Source of the DNA: Bugula neritina
Taxonomy: Eukaryota; Animalia; Bryozoa
Assembly (NCBI GenBank): GCA_964035545.1
Contig: OZ037766.1
Span: 32,230,773-32,294,772 of the forward strand
Direction: 5' to 3'
DNA: 64,000 nt
This document shows positions 48,762 through 61,904 of this stretch, one piece after another (positions within the stretch are counted from its first letter, which is position 1; every line of letters begins with the position of its first letter). The notes under the pieces are model-generated. The model saw only the letters and a program-made list of their open reading frames with translations. It searched no databases and had not been told where the DNA came from. A program made the translations under genes and the position numbers.

Positions 48762-51700
48762 TCAGCTCAGACTGATGCTATTCAGCTCATCAACTATCTC
48801 GTCCTCTTTCTTTAGTTTCTCCAACTAAAAGAGACACGCTCATTGGTTGAAATACGTAACCATAGCAACTAAACTTTGATCATGATAAGTGTAGTTGGGC
48901 AGTCAGAGAAATAGCAGGGGTAAGCACAGAGAGTGTTGAAGGCAAAAGAAAGAGAGATAAAACTGGATTCAAGCTGGATTAAAAGTTTTCAACTCAAACT
49001 TGTACTTTACAGAAAAGTATGCAAGGAAAATCAGCAAAAATGAGTAGTTACAACATACTTAAACTCTAAATGAAACTGCTATCATCAAGAGCATAAGAGT
49101 ATTCATAAGACATAATTTTTTAGGCATACAACCCCCAAGTAGTCTGTAGATGAGATAGCTAAGATGAAGATGGATGTATTATGTTAGTACTGCATAAATC
49201 AAGTGTGTCACGGATTCACAATGTACTGTTAGCTCATTAAAATATAATGTGTTTATATGTACCTGATTAAATTGAAGTTTGACACCAGCAGCTAAATCAT
49301 CTTTCAACTTCATAATTTGTTGTAATTTCTAAAATGGGAAAATATAGAAAAAAAGCTGATTGAAAATAACTATGCTAGCAACAATAGTTTATGAAAAAAA
49401 AAATTGACCCCGATGGGACTCGAACCCACAATCTTCTGATTCGAAGTCAGACGCCTTATCCATTAGGCCACGAGGCCGGTTGAAAATGCGTGATGAACTA
49501 TTGAGTGTCATTAAAAGTTGTTAATTACAAAACGCCACAAATTCTTACGGATTTGAAGGATTTTTACTTTAGCCAATATCTGAGCATATAAACTATCAAT
49601 ACGGTTGGTTTTAAATGATTCAGGTATTTTTTCGTTGATTCTGATAATTTAAGGTTAACCAATAAGGATATAGTAATACAAGCTGTAATAATAATATAAT
49701 ACAATAATTAGTTGATAGTTGTAATACAACAATAATGATGACACAAGATATTGATTAATCAACAAATATATTGATTATACTCACCTTAGTCAGGTTTTTG
49801 ATGCGTTTATCTTTCTCAGGATCTCCGGTCAGATCGACTACATACAATGGAGTCTGCTGAGAACTAGTGGCAGGTGCTTGTTGAGAGGTAGCAGGTGCTT
49901 GTTGAGGGGAAGTAACAGGTGCTTGTTGAGGGGACGTAACAGGTGCTTGTTTGCCATCTCCTGTTGTATTTTCCGCTGCCTTTGCAATGGCTGCTGCCTG
50001 GTAATAAAATATGAATTCTCAACTTTTTTAGCCTTTACCTCGGCCTAGCAAATATAATATGGTATGACACGCCCCTACTCATAACTGACACATAACCTGC
50101 TCACACCTGACATACAACCTGCTCACACCTGACATACAACCTGCTCACAACTGACACACAACCTGCTCATACCTGACATACAACCTGCTCACAACTGACA
50201 CACAACCTGCTCATACCTGACACACAACCTGCTCACAACTGACACACAACCTGCTCATACCTGACATACAACCTGCTCACAACTGACACACAACCTGCTC
50301 ACAACTGACACACAACCTGCTCACAACTGACATACAACCTGCTCACAACTGACACACAACCTGCTCATACCTGACATACAACCTGCTCATACCTGACACA
50401 CAACCTGCACATACCTGACACACAACCTGCTCATACCTGACATACAACCTGCTCATACCTGACACACAACCTGCACACAACTGACATACAACCAGCTCAT
50501 ACCTTGGCACGTTTTCTCTTCTGGTTCTTTGAAAGAGGAGCAGAGTTGGTTTCGGTCTCACTGGCAGCCTTCTTCTGATTGGACGGCAGCTCATATTCAT
50601 GTACCTTAGTGACTGGCGCCTTGCTACCTCTGGCTCCGGGAGGTCTGTACGCGGGCGCCGCATCTGGAGGGAATAGAAACTAATCAACTGAGAGTGAACT
50701 ACATACTAAGCTACGGGAACCTGTCCTAAAGACATTGACACAATACAGGGGATTGTGGGTAAGTAGTAGCACTCACTGACAGCTGGCGCCTTCTCATTGG
50801 TTGGAACAGCCGTATATGAAATAATGGGGGCAGAGAAAGTACCCTTCGGCACGGGGGACCACATGACCTGCCACAGCTCGGCATTGGAACTCAGACTAGC
50901 TTGCTTCATAAGACTGCCAGTGTAGTGCCACACTTTGTACCTGTACAGTACAGCAGTAGTATGCAATATCCTGTTACAATACAATACCATCTGTACAGTA
51001 CAGCAGTAGTATGCAATATCCTGTTACAATACAATACCATCTGTACAGTACAGCAGTAGTATGCAATATCCTGTTACAATACAATACCATCTGTATGTAC
51101 TACGTACTATGCTACAATATACTATATACTATACTGTATACTATACTACACTATATACTATACTATATACTATACTATACTATGATATACTTTACTATAT
51201 TATTATACTATACCATATAGGCTACTATACAGTGACGTGGTATAAAACAATATTGTTTGTTGAAAGAAACTTATATATAAACTTTAACAGCTATTTTAGA
51301 TATCATCGAATCCCAACTGCTGAAAGGAATGCATGGGACACAGGAAGTAGTAAGATAGCCTGAGGCCTACTAACCCGTTGCCCACTCTCATTCTGGGAGA
51401 CAGAGTGGCGGTGATGGCGTGACACCCATCTGGAGCCCAACCAAAGTACGTGGAGTCCTTGGCTGACACCTCAGAGATCAACTTCTGCGACTTCACATCC
51501 CAGAACTCCAGCTTGCCCTGGAGGTTCCCAAATCCAGCCAGACAGAGTATGTTACCTGTAGACAACAACACACACCTGTATACAACAATACACACCTGTA
51601 TACACCAATACACATGTGCGTATGCAGTGCTAAACCCTAACAACAGTTTGGATAAATAACATGTACAAATAATAAGTAAAATCAACTTAATGCTAGCAGA

Positions 51701-52446
51701 CGTCATGTAACTCTTAAACCCGCTGCTACTCTAGCATCTTCGTACTGGGAGTTGTTCTCCCTGTTTATATTCATCTCAGAGGTTGTCTACACATTCTATT
51801 TATCAAATAAAAAGAAATGCATTTTATATGAATTGAATACAAGTTACAGGAAATGCTTAGAATTACTGGCTTCGTAGAATTTCCCATTAGTTTAATAAAA
51901 CTCTACTTCAACTAATTGCAGATCAGGAAAGGACAACTCTTACTAATTTGAAATACTTCAATTGCTTATTTAGTTAATTATAAATGGGAAAGCTAGAAAG
52001 CAGTGGTAAACGATGTTATTCCATGTATATTATTTAAGAAACTACGTGAACATTTTGTCTCCAGATGTATAACGAAAGTTATCTGTTAGATGTTGATATA
52101 TTTCAAGATGTACAGAGAAAGGAGAGCTAAGAGCCTTGTACAACAAACGCAGGTGGAGTTTTCTACCAGACTATGCTATAGCCATCATTGAGTGCAGCTG
52201 GTGAATGATGCAGAGAGAGCAGAGTGGGGGTAACATACGTACCAAAAGGATTATAGAAGACGTGGTTACGGGGGCCTGTGCCAAAGTCGAATATAGCCTC
52301 ATTCTTCAGGTTGAATATGGTGCACTTAGCGGGCATATATCCGTACAGGACAGTGAACTCAGTACCGGATGGGTGCCAGGCTATGCTGTACACAGGACCG
52401 TTCTTGGCTACATTGAAAATATATAATCAGTAGCAGTAGCAGTAGC

Positions 52447-52483
<37 letters not shown>

Positions 52484-52502
52484 ATAGTACTACTACTAGT
52501 AC

Positions 52503-52576
<74 letters not shown>

Positions 52577-52595
52577 ATAGTACTACTACTAGTAC

Positions 52596-52657
<62 letters not shown>

Positions 52658-53817
52658 CTACTAGTATTAGTAAGTAGTAGTAATGATACTAGTAGTACTG
52701 GTACTAGTAGTAGAGAGCTCACCGAGAGGGACCACACAACTGTCTCCATTCAGAGCTAAGAAATGAAGTCCTTGTTCTCCATAGTAAGAGGAGGCACTGG
52801 TCTCAGTGGATGTTAATATCAACATGGCCGTTCCTACAGCACAGCACAGAGTTTATATTGATGAATGGGGAGGAGTTTATCTACATACTGTTACTAATAC
52901 CTATATTGTTGCCTTATATTGCCTAGCCAGTAAATATCTATGGGTCAATGTATATAGAGTGACCAGAGTATTAACTTATAAATCATAGGAAAGTATAAAA
53001 ACTCACCTGTGCTATTCCACTCAAGGTTTACTCTTTCAGCCTTGAAGAAACTCTTACTGGCAACAGCAGCACCGTGGCCACCAATATTTGGATATTGATA
53101 CACCTACAGCACACATAAAATAACTCAGTTACCAGGTAACATGTACACAATAAGCTAGTTGCCAGGTAGCAAGGATACAATACTCTAGTTGCTAGGTAGC
53201 AAGGATACAATAACTCAGTTGCTAGGTAACAAGTATACAACTCAGTTGCTAGGTAGCAAGGATACAATACTCTAGTTGCTAGGTAGCAAGGATACAATAC
53301 TCTGGTTGCTAGGTAACAAGGATACAATAACACAGTTGCTAGGTAACAAGTATACAACTCAGTTGCTAGGTAGCAAGGATACAATACTCTAGTTGCTAGG
53401 TAGCAAGGATACAATACTCTGGTTGCTAGGTAACAAGGATACAATAACTCAGTTGCTAGGTAGCCAGTATATAATAACTTATATTTACTATGAAATCAAT
53501 ACCCTCGTTGCCTTTTAACAAGTATACAATAACCTAGTTAATGGGTAACACAACAAGACTTGACAGGGAAATTAAAAAATATTTAGAGAAGTTATTGCCA
53601 GCTGCAATAAATTAGAAATCAGCAATTAGAGGTTGAGTTACAGGAAATGTATTAACTAGGAGCTACACTACTTACTCTGACATTACTGGGGAGGCCCTTG
53701 GAGCCTGCCACATACGCTGCTACAGTGTAGGGCATCGAGTTTGGGGCTAAGCTAAAATCGGAGACCTTCTGAAGGTGTAACTTCATTTTCACCTCGGCTA
53801 AAACACGTTCATGAATG

Positions 53818-53885
<68 letters not shown>

Positions 53886-56831
53886 TACACACTGTGTCTA
53901 CTACATTATACACTGTATCTACTACATTATACACTGTATCTACTACATTACACACTGTGTCTATTACATTACACACTGTGTCTACTACATTACGCACTGT
54001 GTCTACTACATTACACACTGTGTCTACTACATTATGCACAGTGTCTACTACATTACACACTGTGTCTACTACATTATGCACTGTGTCTACTACATTACGC
54101 ACAGTGTCTACTACATTACACACTGTGTCTACTACATTATGCACTGTGTCTACTACATTATACACTGTGTCTACTACATTATACACTGTGTCTACTACAT
54201 TACACACTGTGTCTAATACATTATACACTGTGTCTACTACATTATACACTGTGTCTACTACATTACACACTGTATCTACTACATTATGCACTGTGTCTAC
54301 TACATTACACACTGTATCTACTACATTATACACTGTATCTACTACATTACACACTGTGTCTACTACATTACACACTGTGTCTACTACATTACGCACTGTG
54401 TCTACTACATTACACACTGTGTCTACTACATTACACACTGTGTCTACTACATTATGCACAGTGTCTACTACATTACACACTGTGTCTACTACATTATGCA
54501 CTATGTCTACTACATTATACACTGTGTCTACTACATTACACACTGTGTCTACTACATTACACACTGTGTCTACTACATTATACACTGTGTCTACTACATT
54601 ACACACTGTGTCTAATACATTATACACTGTGTCTACTACATTATACACTGTGTCTACTACATTATACACTGTGTCTACTACATTACACACTGTGTCTACT
54701 ACATTACACACTGTGTCTAATACATTATACACTGTGTCTACTACATTTCACACTGTGTCTACTACATTATGCACTGTGTCTACTACATTACACACTGTGT
54801 CTACTACATTATGCACTGTGTCTACTACATTACACACTGTGTCTACTACATTATACACTATGTCTACTACATTATACACTGTGTCTACTACATTACACAC
54901 TGTGTCTAATACATTATACACTGTGTCTACTACATTATACACTGTGTCTACTACATTATACACTGTGTCTACTACATTTCACACTGTGTCTACTACATTA
55001 CACACTAAAATCTTTCAATCACGAATTTACTTACAAAAATTATTTTCCTCAAAAAATTGCAGCTCGTTGTTATAATTACGAACGCAGATTTTCTCATCAG
55101 CCGACCACTGAGGTGCCCTGGAAACAGGAAACAAAGGTCAAGGTAATGTATATACAGTTCAGCAAGTACTTTTCTTTGTAGCATCAAGAAGTTCACTAAA
55201 CCTATCCAGCCTCATGTTTTGTACCCCTTAAATATATTCTAAAACTCATGATTACAAAAATTAAAAAGCATTTAACATAGGATTTTACCGAACACGTTTG
55301 CCTCCTTAAAAAATATAAATAATTTGTTTGATGGTACAAAAATTCTGGAAATTTTTAAAACCAGCAAGCTCAAAGCAGAGTAAAACGTTTGACTAGCGGG
55401 ATATTACAATGATTAACATCCGCTAAATTCAGCACAGAAGGAAGGAAGGAGAGAAGGAGACTATAGCATACCACTGATGAGCTTTCTTCTGAATCAGTGA
55501 TGCCACCTCCTTACCAGTTGTGAGATCAATAATTCGCATATTCCGACTCGGAATCTTGTCTTTCACTGCAACGACCAGTAACATACTCTAGTATCAGTGG
55601 CTAGTTAAATTCAACACACAATTTCACTTCTTGGGAAATAAAGTTGAAAGTGTACAGCTGTTTACACACACTGAAGCAAGGGGTACAAAGAGTGCAAAAT
55701 TATTTTTTATCAACTAACTTGACAGTTTTTAAACAATTAAAGATATTTTTGAGACAATAAAACTGCATTTGATGAAATTATTAAAGTTGTCTCCTCTCTT
55801 TAGCTCATAAGTGTAACTAACTAAAAAAGGCTAGAATATTATATGAGGTTTTGGAGCTAGAACATTTGATACTTATTGGTGTTCTAACATCTCTGCTCTG
55901 TTGAGAAACTCAGATGAAGTCAGCTTTTATAGACTTATATTCTATTCAATCTGTTAAAACAAAACTTTAAACTTCAACAATAATTCAATTTCTACCTGCA
56001 AGATCACCTGCTAGGCTGACCAGCACTACTAACACAAACAAGTACATACAGCAAGCAAATGCTGTCCAGCTAATGTCAACTAGAGAAAATGAATTTCTGC
56101 TCTAAGAAAACTATGAAATAAGTTACCAGCACAAACTAACCCTGCGGCTGTGCACTCATAAGTAATAATCTCACCTGTAAACACCTGCCAGGTGGCTAGC
56201 ATAATAATCTCACCTGTAAAGACCTGCCAGATGGCTAGCATAATAATCTCACCTGTAAACACCTGCCAGGTGGCTAGCATAGACCCAGACGGAGAGAAAG
56301 TCAGGTAAACGACTGAGCTGAGCTCTATATCGTGTAGCAGTCTGTTCTCCACCACATTGTACACCTTCAGGGAGGTGCCATCACACCAGGCGCAGGTCTC
56401 GCCGGAGGGAGAAAACTCCAGACATTTACACTGAGAACTAGAGCTACAATCAACCACACAGCACTGCACATGCAACTAATGTTGACTATTAATTTGTATT
56501 GATTAGCAAATAGCACATTAATATAATTATTATAGTATATTTAAAAAAAAAATGAGTGTATTGAAAATATTTTAAGTTTAGAAAGTTTTAATCACCCGGC
56601 AAATGATGCGTCCTTCTCATAAGGTTCTTTATTCTCCTGCACTCTCCATACTCCTTCACTGCCTCTGCCTAGTGAACAAACACCAATAGGTTATAACAAA
56701 TGTCACTGATCATTATTAATATAATATTTTCTTTCCAGGGGCAATGCCTGTCTAAAAAGCAGAAATCTTACTCAAACATGGAAATAATAGAAATAATACC
56801 CACCTACAGTATACCTACCTTTGAACTTCAT
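48762..56831 (-). CDS. EIF2A: Eukaryotic translation initiation factor 2A (WD/beta-propeller eIF2A)
   Basis: 15 coding exons: 56831-56819, 56668-56596, 56443-56253, 55565-55472, 55117-55035, 53797-53676, 53103-53007, 52833-52723, 52407-52243, 51555-51375, 50940-50777, 50663-50503, 49997-49785, 49328-49263, 48824-48762. Diagnostic peptides RGSEG, KSFFKAE, SYYGEQ, YGYMPAK, DFGTGPRN, LAGFGNL, ATLSPRMRVGNG, AYRPPGARG, DKRIKNLTKKL. The first coding exon is the least certain. Confidence 0.95.
49405..49477 (-). tRNA. tRNA-Arg (anticodon TCG)
   Basis: GGCCTCGTGGCCTAATGGATAAGGCGTCTGACTTCGAATCAGAAGATTGTGGGTTCGAGTCCCATCGGGGTCA folds as a complete cloverleaf and is followed by an oligo-T Pol III terminator. 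Confidence 0.96.
50080..50502. repeat. 22-bp minisatellite in an eIF2A intron
   Basis: About 19 copies of acaacctgctcatacctgacat. Confidence 0.92.
52429..52712. repeat. (TAG)n microsatellite filling an eIF2A intron
   Basis: Direct inspection. Confidence 0.95.
53118..53480. repeat. 27-30-bp minisatellite in an eIF2A intron
   Basis: agttgctaggtagcaaggatacaatactct units. Confidence 0.9.
53820..55006. repeat. (TA)n followed by a 21-bp minisatellite (~53 copies)
   Basis: ctactacattacacactgtgt units; source of several spurious long ORFs. Confidence 0.95.
56163..56280 (-). repeat. 39-bp triplication spanning an eIF2A splice donor
   Basis: Three copies of ATGCTAGCCAYCTGGCAGGTSTTTACAG|GTGAGATTATT. 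Confidence 0.92.
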
Positions 56832-59800
56832 GCTATTACTCGCAATAACTAATTTATTACTTTGTTTAACATTCACCAACACTGTGACTGATTATAATAA
56901 ACAATAGACATACATTAAACTCTATTGTGAAGACCTAAAATCACTGCACATTGGAAGAAATAAACTGTTTGGTGCAAATTCTGTCAAAGAAAGAGTACCA
57001 GCTTCTACTGCATGCATTATATACTGGTTTAATAAATGGCCAATTTTATTACTAATTGAAACTCGAATGTCAACTTAAAGAGCAAAGGTGGCACATATTA
57101 CAATAGCTCAGTCACCATAGAAGGAAATCCACAGTGAAATCACATACTGCACTACCTCCAGACCCTAGAGGCACGTTGACCTATGCAAATACCAACTAAT
57201 GATTAAGAACCACAAAGTGACAAACCTCTTCAGTCTATATACCTAATAGGCTGGTACAAAGGAAAGCTATTAAAGCAATTAAAGCTAGTAAAGCAATTAT
57301 GATGATTTTACTAATTCAAATATTAATCGGCGAAATGTACTAACTACATCATAAATGTAATTGCAATTGAATCAGCTGAGATAATATTTAAAGCAAGCGA
57401 CTTATTCTGAAACTCATATTTGTTTTTAGATTCTTAGATTAGCTTTTCAGTGACTGTAACTGTAAGGCAAGATATTAATAATCATAATAATACTAATGGC
57501 CCATAATGAAAATAGAAAGAATCCTGCACAGGCAAACTGAATGCAAGAAACAACAGATAAAACTCACCTTAAAATTTAAAACAAGTGGAACATTAATAGC
57601 TATATAACTTACAACGTAATCAAAACAATTAGTATTAGATAGCAATAAATAAATAATGTAATCATAATTACTAATTAGTTAATAATCAGTTAAACTAAAA
57701 CTTAAAGCTAATTCCATGCTCAAATTCATGATTAACTGATCAACTCATGCTGATGCTCATAGACATGGCGATTTTCATAATTATTATTGTAAACTTCAAG
57801 ATGAAGAAGAGGTAAGTATTACTATCTGTATTTATATTATTATTAGTATTAATAATATTATTATTAAATATTATAATTATTTGAAGATTTAATTCGGCAT
57901 TTAAGTCTAGTCCTTAAAATTTACATATGCTGATATACCAATGGTTTATGCCCTATGGGGCTGATAAAACCAAAGGTCAATAGACATAGTGATAGTGGTG
58001 GGGCATACTCATACTGAGTTACTAAATTTCATTGTCATAAGCCATCTGCCATGGTCATGCACTCATGGTGATGGGTCACCAACGTCAACCTTCGAACAAC
58101 TGACTGTGAACGTGGTAACCAGTGGTTAATTCAAGTTATATTAATATTTGTATCACAGCTTAAGTATGTTGTCCAATGAACAGTAAATAAGTGGTTTGAA
58201 TAACGTGCAAAAAGCTAATATAAAAATAAAATATTGACTTACAGTAAAAATTTATGTGTCGATTGCATGCCATTGTAAATTGTAATTGTTAGTGCTACTA
58301 CAATGAATGGTTTATATTCAGCGTCGATTTGGGGTGAATAAGTGAAGCAGTTTGCGGTTCTTGAATTAGAGTTCGGGTTATTGAAACCTCGAACTTAAAG
58401 TTTGAGAATTACAAACGTTTGCACTCAAGCACTCTCAACTCAGCGCTGCTCATAGAACTATTCTTTCACTTGACTGAAAAATAAGAAAACCAAAGAGTTT
58501 CGAGAGTTTGTTGACTAATCACGGCTGGCTGTTTTAGCTCGCCGTCAAATACAAATAGTTGTCCTGCCACGCAACCTTACTAGCTCGATTTCAAGTTGAC
58601 GAGTCCGATTTAATAGCACGATCCTCATGAAGAAGTGACATTCGGAAGTGGACTCTATGCTGTACAGTCAGTGTTGGACCAAAATTACCAAGCCAGAAAA
58701 TAACTCTACTGCGGTTAGATATGCTGAAAGGTAGTCACAGTGATTCTAGTTCCACAATAAATGAATGCATTGATTTTTGATTTACACTATTACTATTAGT
58801 TGAAAAAGTTTAATTTGATATTAATGCTCAATCTTACGCTCACTCTTAGAATCTGTCTCACACGGACTTTCAATTTCATGATTCGCTCTGACGTTCAGTT
58901 TCATATTTACTTTCACTTTCAGTTTGAGTTTCAGTTTCACATTGTGACTGTGATTGTCAGTAAATAACTATAAATAACTCAAACTGTAATGCTAAAGCTA
59001 CTACTACTAGTAATACTATCAGTATCAGTATGAGTATATGACTATAACTATAAGTATAAGCGCGAGTGCTAGTGGAAATAATTATAAAATTCTAATTAGG
59101 CTCGGTCTTTTAGTTTTATAGCTGTAGTTGTTAGGCTTAAGATTGCATTAACTTAATGTATTTATATTTATAATTTATAGTAATAGCTTTACCTGTACTT
59201 TATACTTTATAGGCTATAATTATAGTAAAACTAAACGTGGTGCTAATAGTAATACTAATAGTTCTAGTAATACTATACTATAGTAATAAAAAAGTATCAT
59301 TATGATTACCTCGCTGAGACTGAGTATTGTAGCAGATTTTTGGGGATCTATTCACACCTTAACTATTTTATTTTCGTTGTTATTATAGTTAATATTTTGC
59401 TGTTGTTTCTTGAATGCCTTAATTTCAGTTATTATAGTTAAATTCTTGGCATAGCTTTCTTGATGCCCTAATTGCTGTTATTATAGTTAAGCTTTTAGGT
59501 AGTTTCTTTGTTCACTTTTCTTTGTTCTTTGATTCTGAATTCAGGCCAAGTACCATTTTCGGATAGAATATTTTAGGCCCTAGGGTATAAAAGGGTTAGC
59601 TCGCCAGCATAGATTCACATATACAGACTATTATACTTTTTCTAGGAAGCAGACCAACAAAGACATCTTACACCTAGAATTGCCTTCTCTCTTGCTAACA
59701 AAGAATTAAGTTCTCTAGTTGAAATTCCTAAAAGCCTACTATTTATCACAGTATTACTATAAGTATCAGTATGAGTATCATTATGACTATCACTAATACT

Positions 59801-60730
59801 AATGGTAATACTATGCGTGTTACTCTATTTAATATTATTTTGATAATTATTTTTGAATTTATCTTTAATTTTGGTATTGCATTTACTATTATTTATATTA
59901 GTTTAACTGAGTGTGAGTATTAATACACTTGTAGCTTAAACTATCAATTTGAATATGCCTTATGGAGCATGAATGGTAGAGGTACAGTTACTGTTACACA
60001 GTAACTGTAACTTGTGATACTTATAAAAACTTCAACTGAGTTATTATTATTATGCATTTATCATTATGTTATTTAATAACATAACAAACTAATAAGTAAT
60101 AAAACTACTAATAGTAATAGTTAAAAAATGCATTTCGTAATAGAATATTTTAACATCAGTATGAGTTTGGTAAAAAGGCAAATAGTTTATATTTTTATAA
60201 AATTGTAGCTGTTTTAAAATTAGGCCTTCATAAAATTCGGTGCTAGTAGTAGTATACTTTTAAATGTAAAATTAATGTGGTATTCAATTAAAGTGTAATA
60301 TTTATCTTACAGTATGATATTCTGAATTAAATATACTTTTTCTGTATTTAAATTGGAAGTCATACCTGTGTTATTTTATAAATTTCCAAGTCATTATAGA
60401 ATTTTCATCATTTTTAACACAAATTTTAGGAATAAAACATAAATTATTATTATGATCACAATTTTCTCTTTTCCTAATTATCTGTAGACTCGTTTGATTT
60501 GCATTCTATACTGATAAAAGCTCCACCCCTGGTAGCAATTGCACATTCATCCATGAAACTTTTTTTTGGTTATGTTATTTGAAGAGACTGTAGTGTTGTC
60601 TAAGCTAGAGACTGTATGTTTGAAGAAAGACTGTGGTTGTGTTAATGTACTGGCAATAAATTCTGTCTTATTAACAACCTTTTCTATAGCAGAAAGTAGA
60701 TTCCCACTGATTAATTGCAACAGTTTGAGA

Positions 60731-61904
60731 CAGGGTTGGGGTCAATTACATGTAAATGTAATTAATTACAATTACAATTACATGAAGATTTGTCAATTAC
60801 AATTACAATTATAATTACAGTTAAAAATAAATGTAATTAATTACAATTACAATTACATGGCAATGTAATTAATTACAATTACAATTACTTTTGTTCTCAC
60901 AAGAAATAAATAGAAGTCACTTTTAGGGTCTAACTACCAGGGGCAGTGTTGACAGTGGTGAACCTCTTCTATTTTCTACAGTGATACTATAGGGTCATTC
61001 CATACCAAATCAACCAACTTTCAAGGGGTCTCACGTCTTTGCATGTGTTTCAGATTTTGCTCATATTTACACTAAATGGACCTACACATGTTCAGATTAC
61101 TATTCGTGAATATTTCTGGTCTGACACAAAAACATTTTGCGAAATTACTACTTTGGTGAACAAAGGTTGGAAAATATTTTGAGGAAAATTTGTGATTTAT
61201 ACTTTTAGACCAATTTATAAGTAATTTAAAATTTGATTAGGCGAGTATTTGAAATTTTTCAAAATTTACAAAGTTTTGTTCATATTCAATGACTTTGCAT
61301 ATATGCACACAAAGTATTCTGTAGTATGTGTTGCTACTAGTGCAAATTGATAGGTGTTATCAAATCACACAGCAAATTTTAAGGCTCAGTCTAGAAAAAT
61401 GATTGAGATATAGACGTTTATAGATTAGTCTAAAAGTAGAAATCACAAATTTTCCTCAAAATGTTTCTCAACCTTTGTCTACAAAAGTAGTCAGTTCTCA
61501 AAAAAAATTTGTGTCAGGTCAGAAATACTGAAGAAGAGTACTTTAGGCATGTGTAGGTCTATTTGGTGTAAACATTAACAAAACCTGAGATGCAAATAGA
61601 CGCGGGCAATTCGGTGAGTTAGCATGGAATGACCCTATACTATATTGACCTAACTATCTGAACTTGTTATTTAACAGTAGGCATTGTAGAAAAAGAAGGA
61701 GTTTTTTAAGATTTAAAAGTTTGGAGTAATTGACATGTAATTATAAAGTAATTGTAAAAATCAATTACATTAGATATGTAATTAATTACAATTACAATTA
61801 CAATTACATTTTTAAACCTCAATTACAAATTACATTCAATTACTTGAAAAAATGTAATTAATTACAGCCAATTACAATTACAAATTACAATTACCCCAAC
61901 CCTG
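60731..61904. mobile_element. Non-autonomous hAT element (MITE)
   Basis: TIRs CAGGGTTGGGGT...ACCCCAACCCTG; perfect 8-bp TSD GTTTGAGA (60723-60730, 61905-61912); subterminal (CAATTA)n arrays. Confidence 0.92.
60991..61636. mobile_element. Long-TIR MITE nested inside the hAT element
   Basis: AGGGTCATTCCAT...ATGGAATGACCCT termini with ~220 bp of imperfect inverted arms; ATACTAT flanks both sides. Confidence 0.8.

Noticed and set aside
53809-55181. Long ORFs of 307-456 aa
   Set aside because: Stop-free translations of a 21-bp intronic minisatellite.
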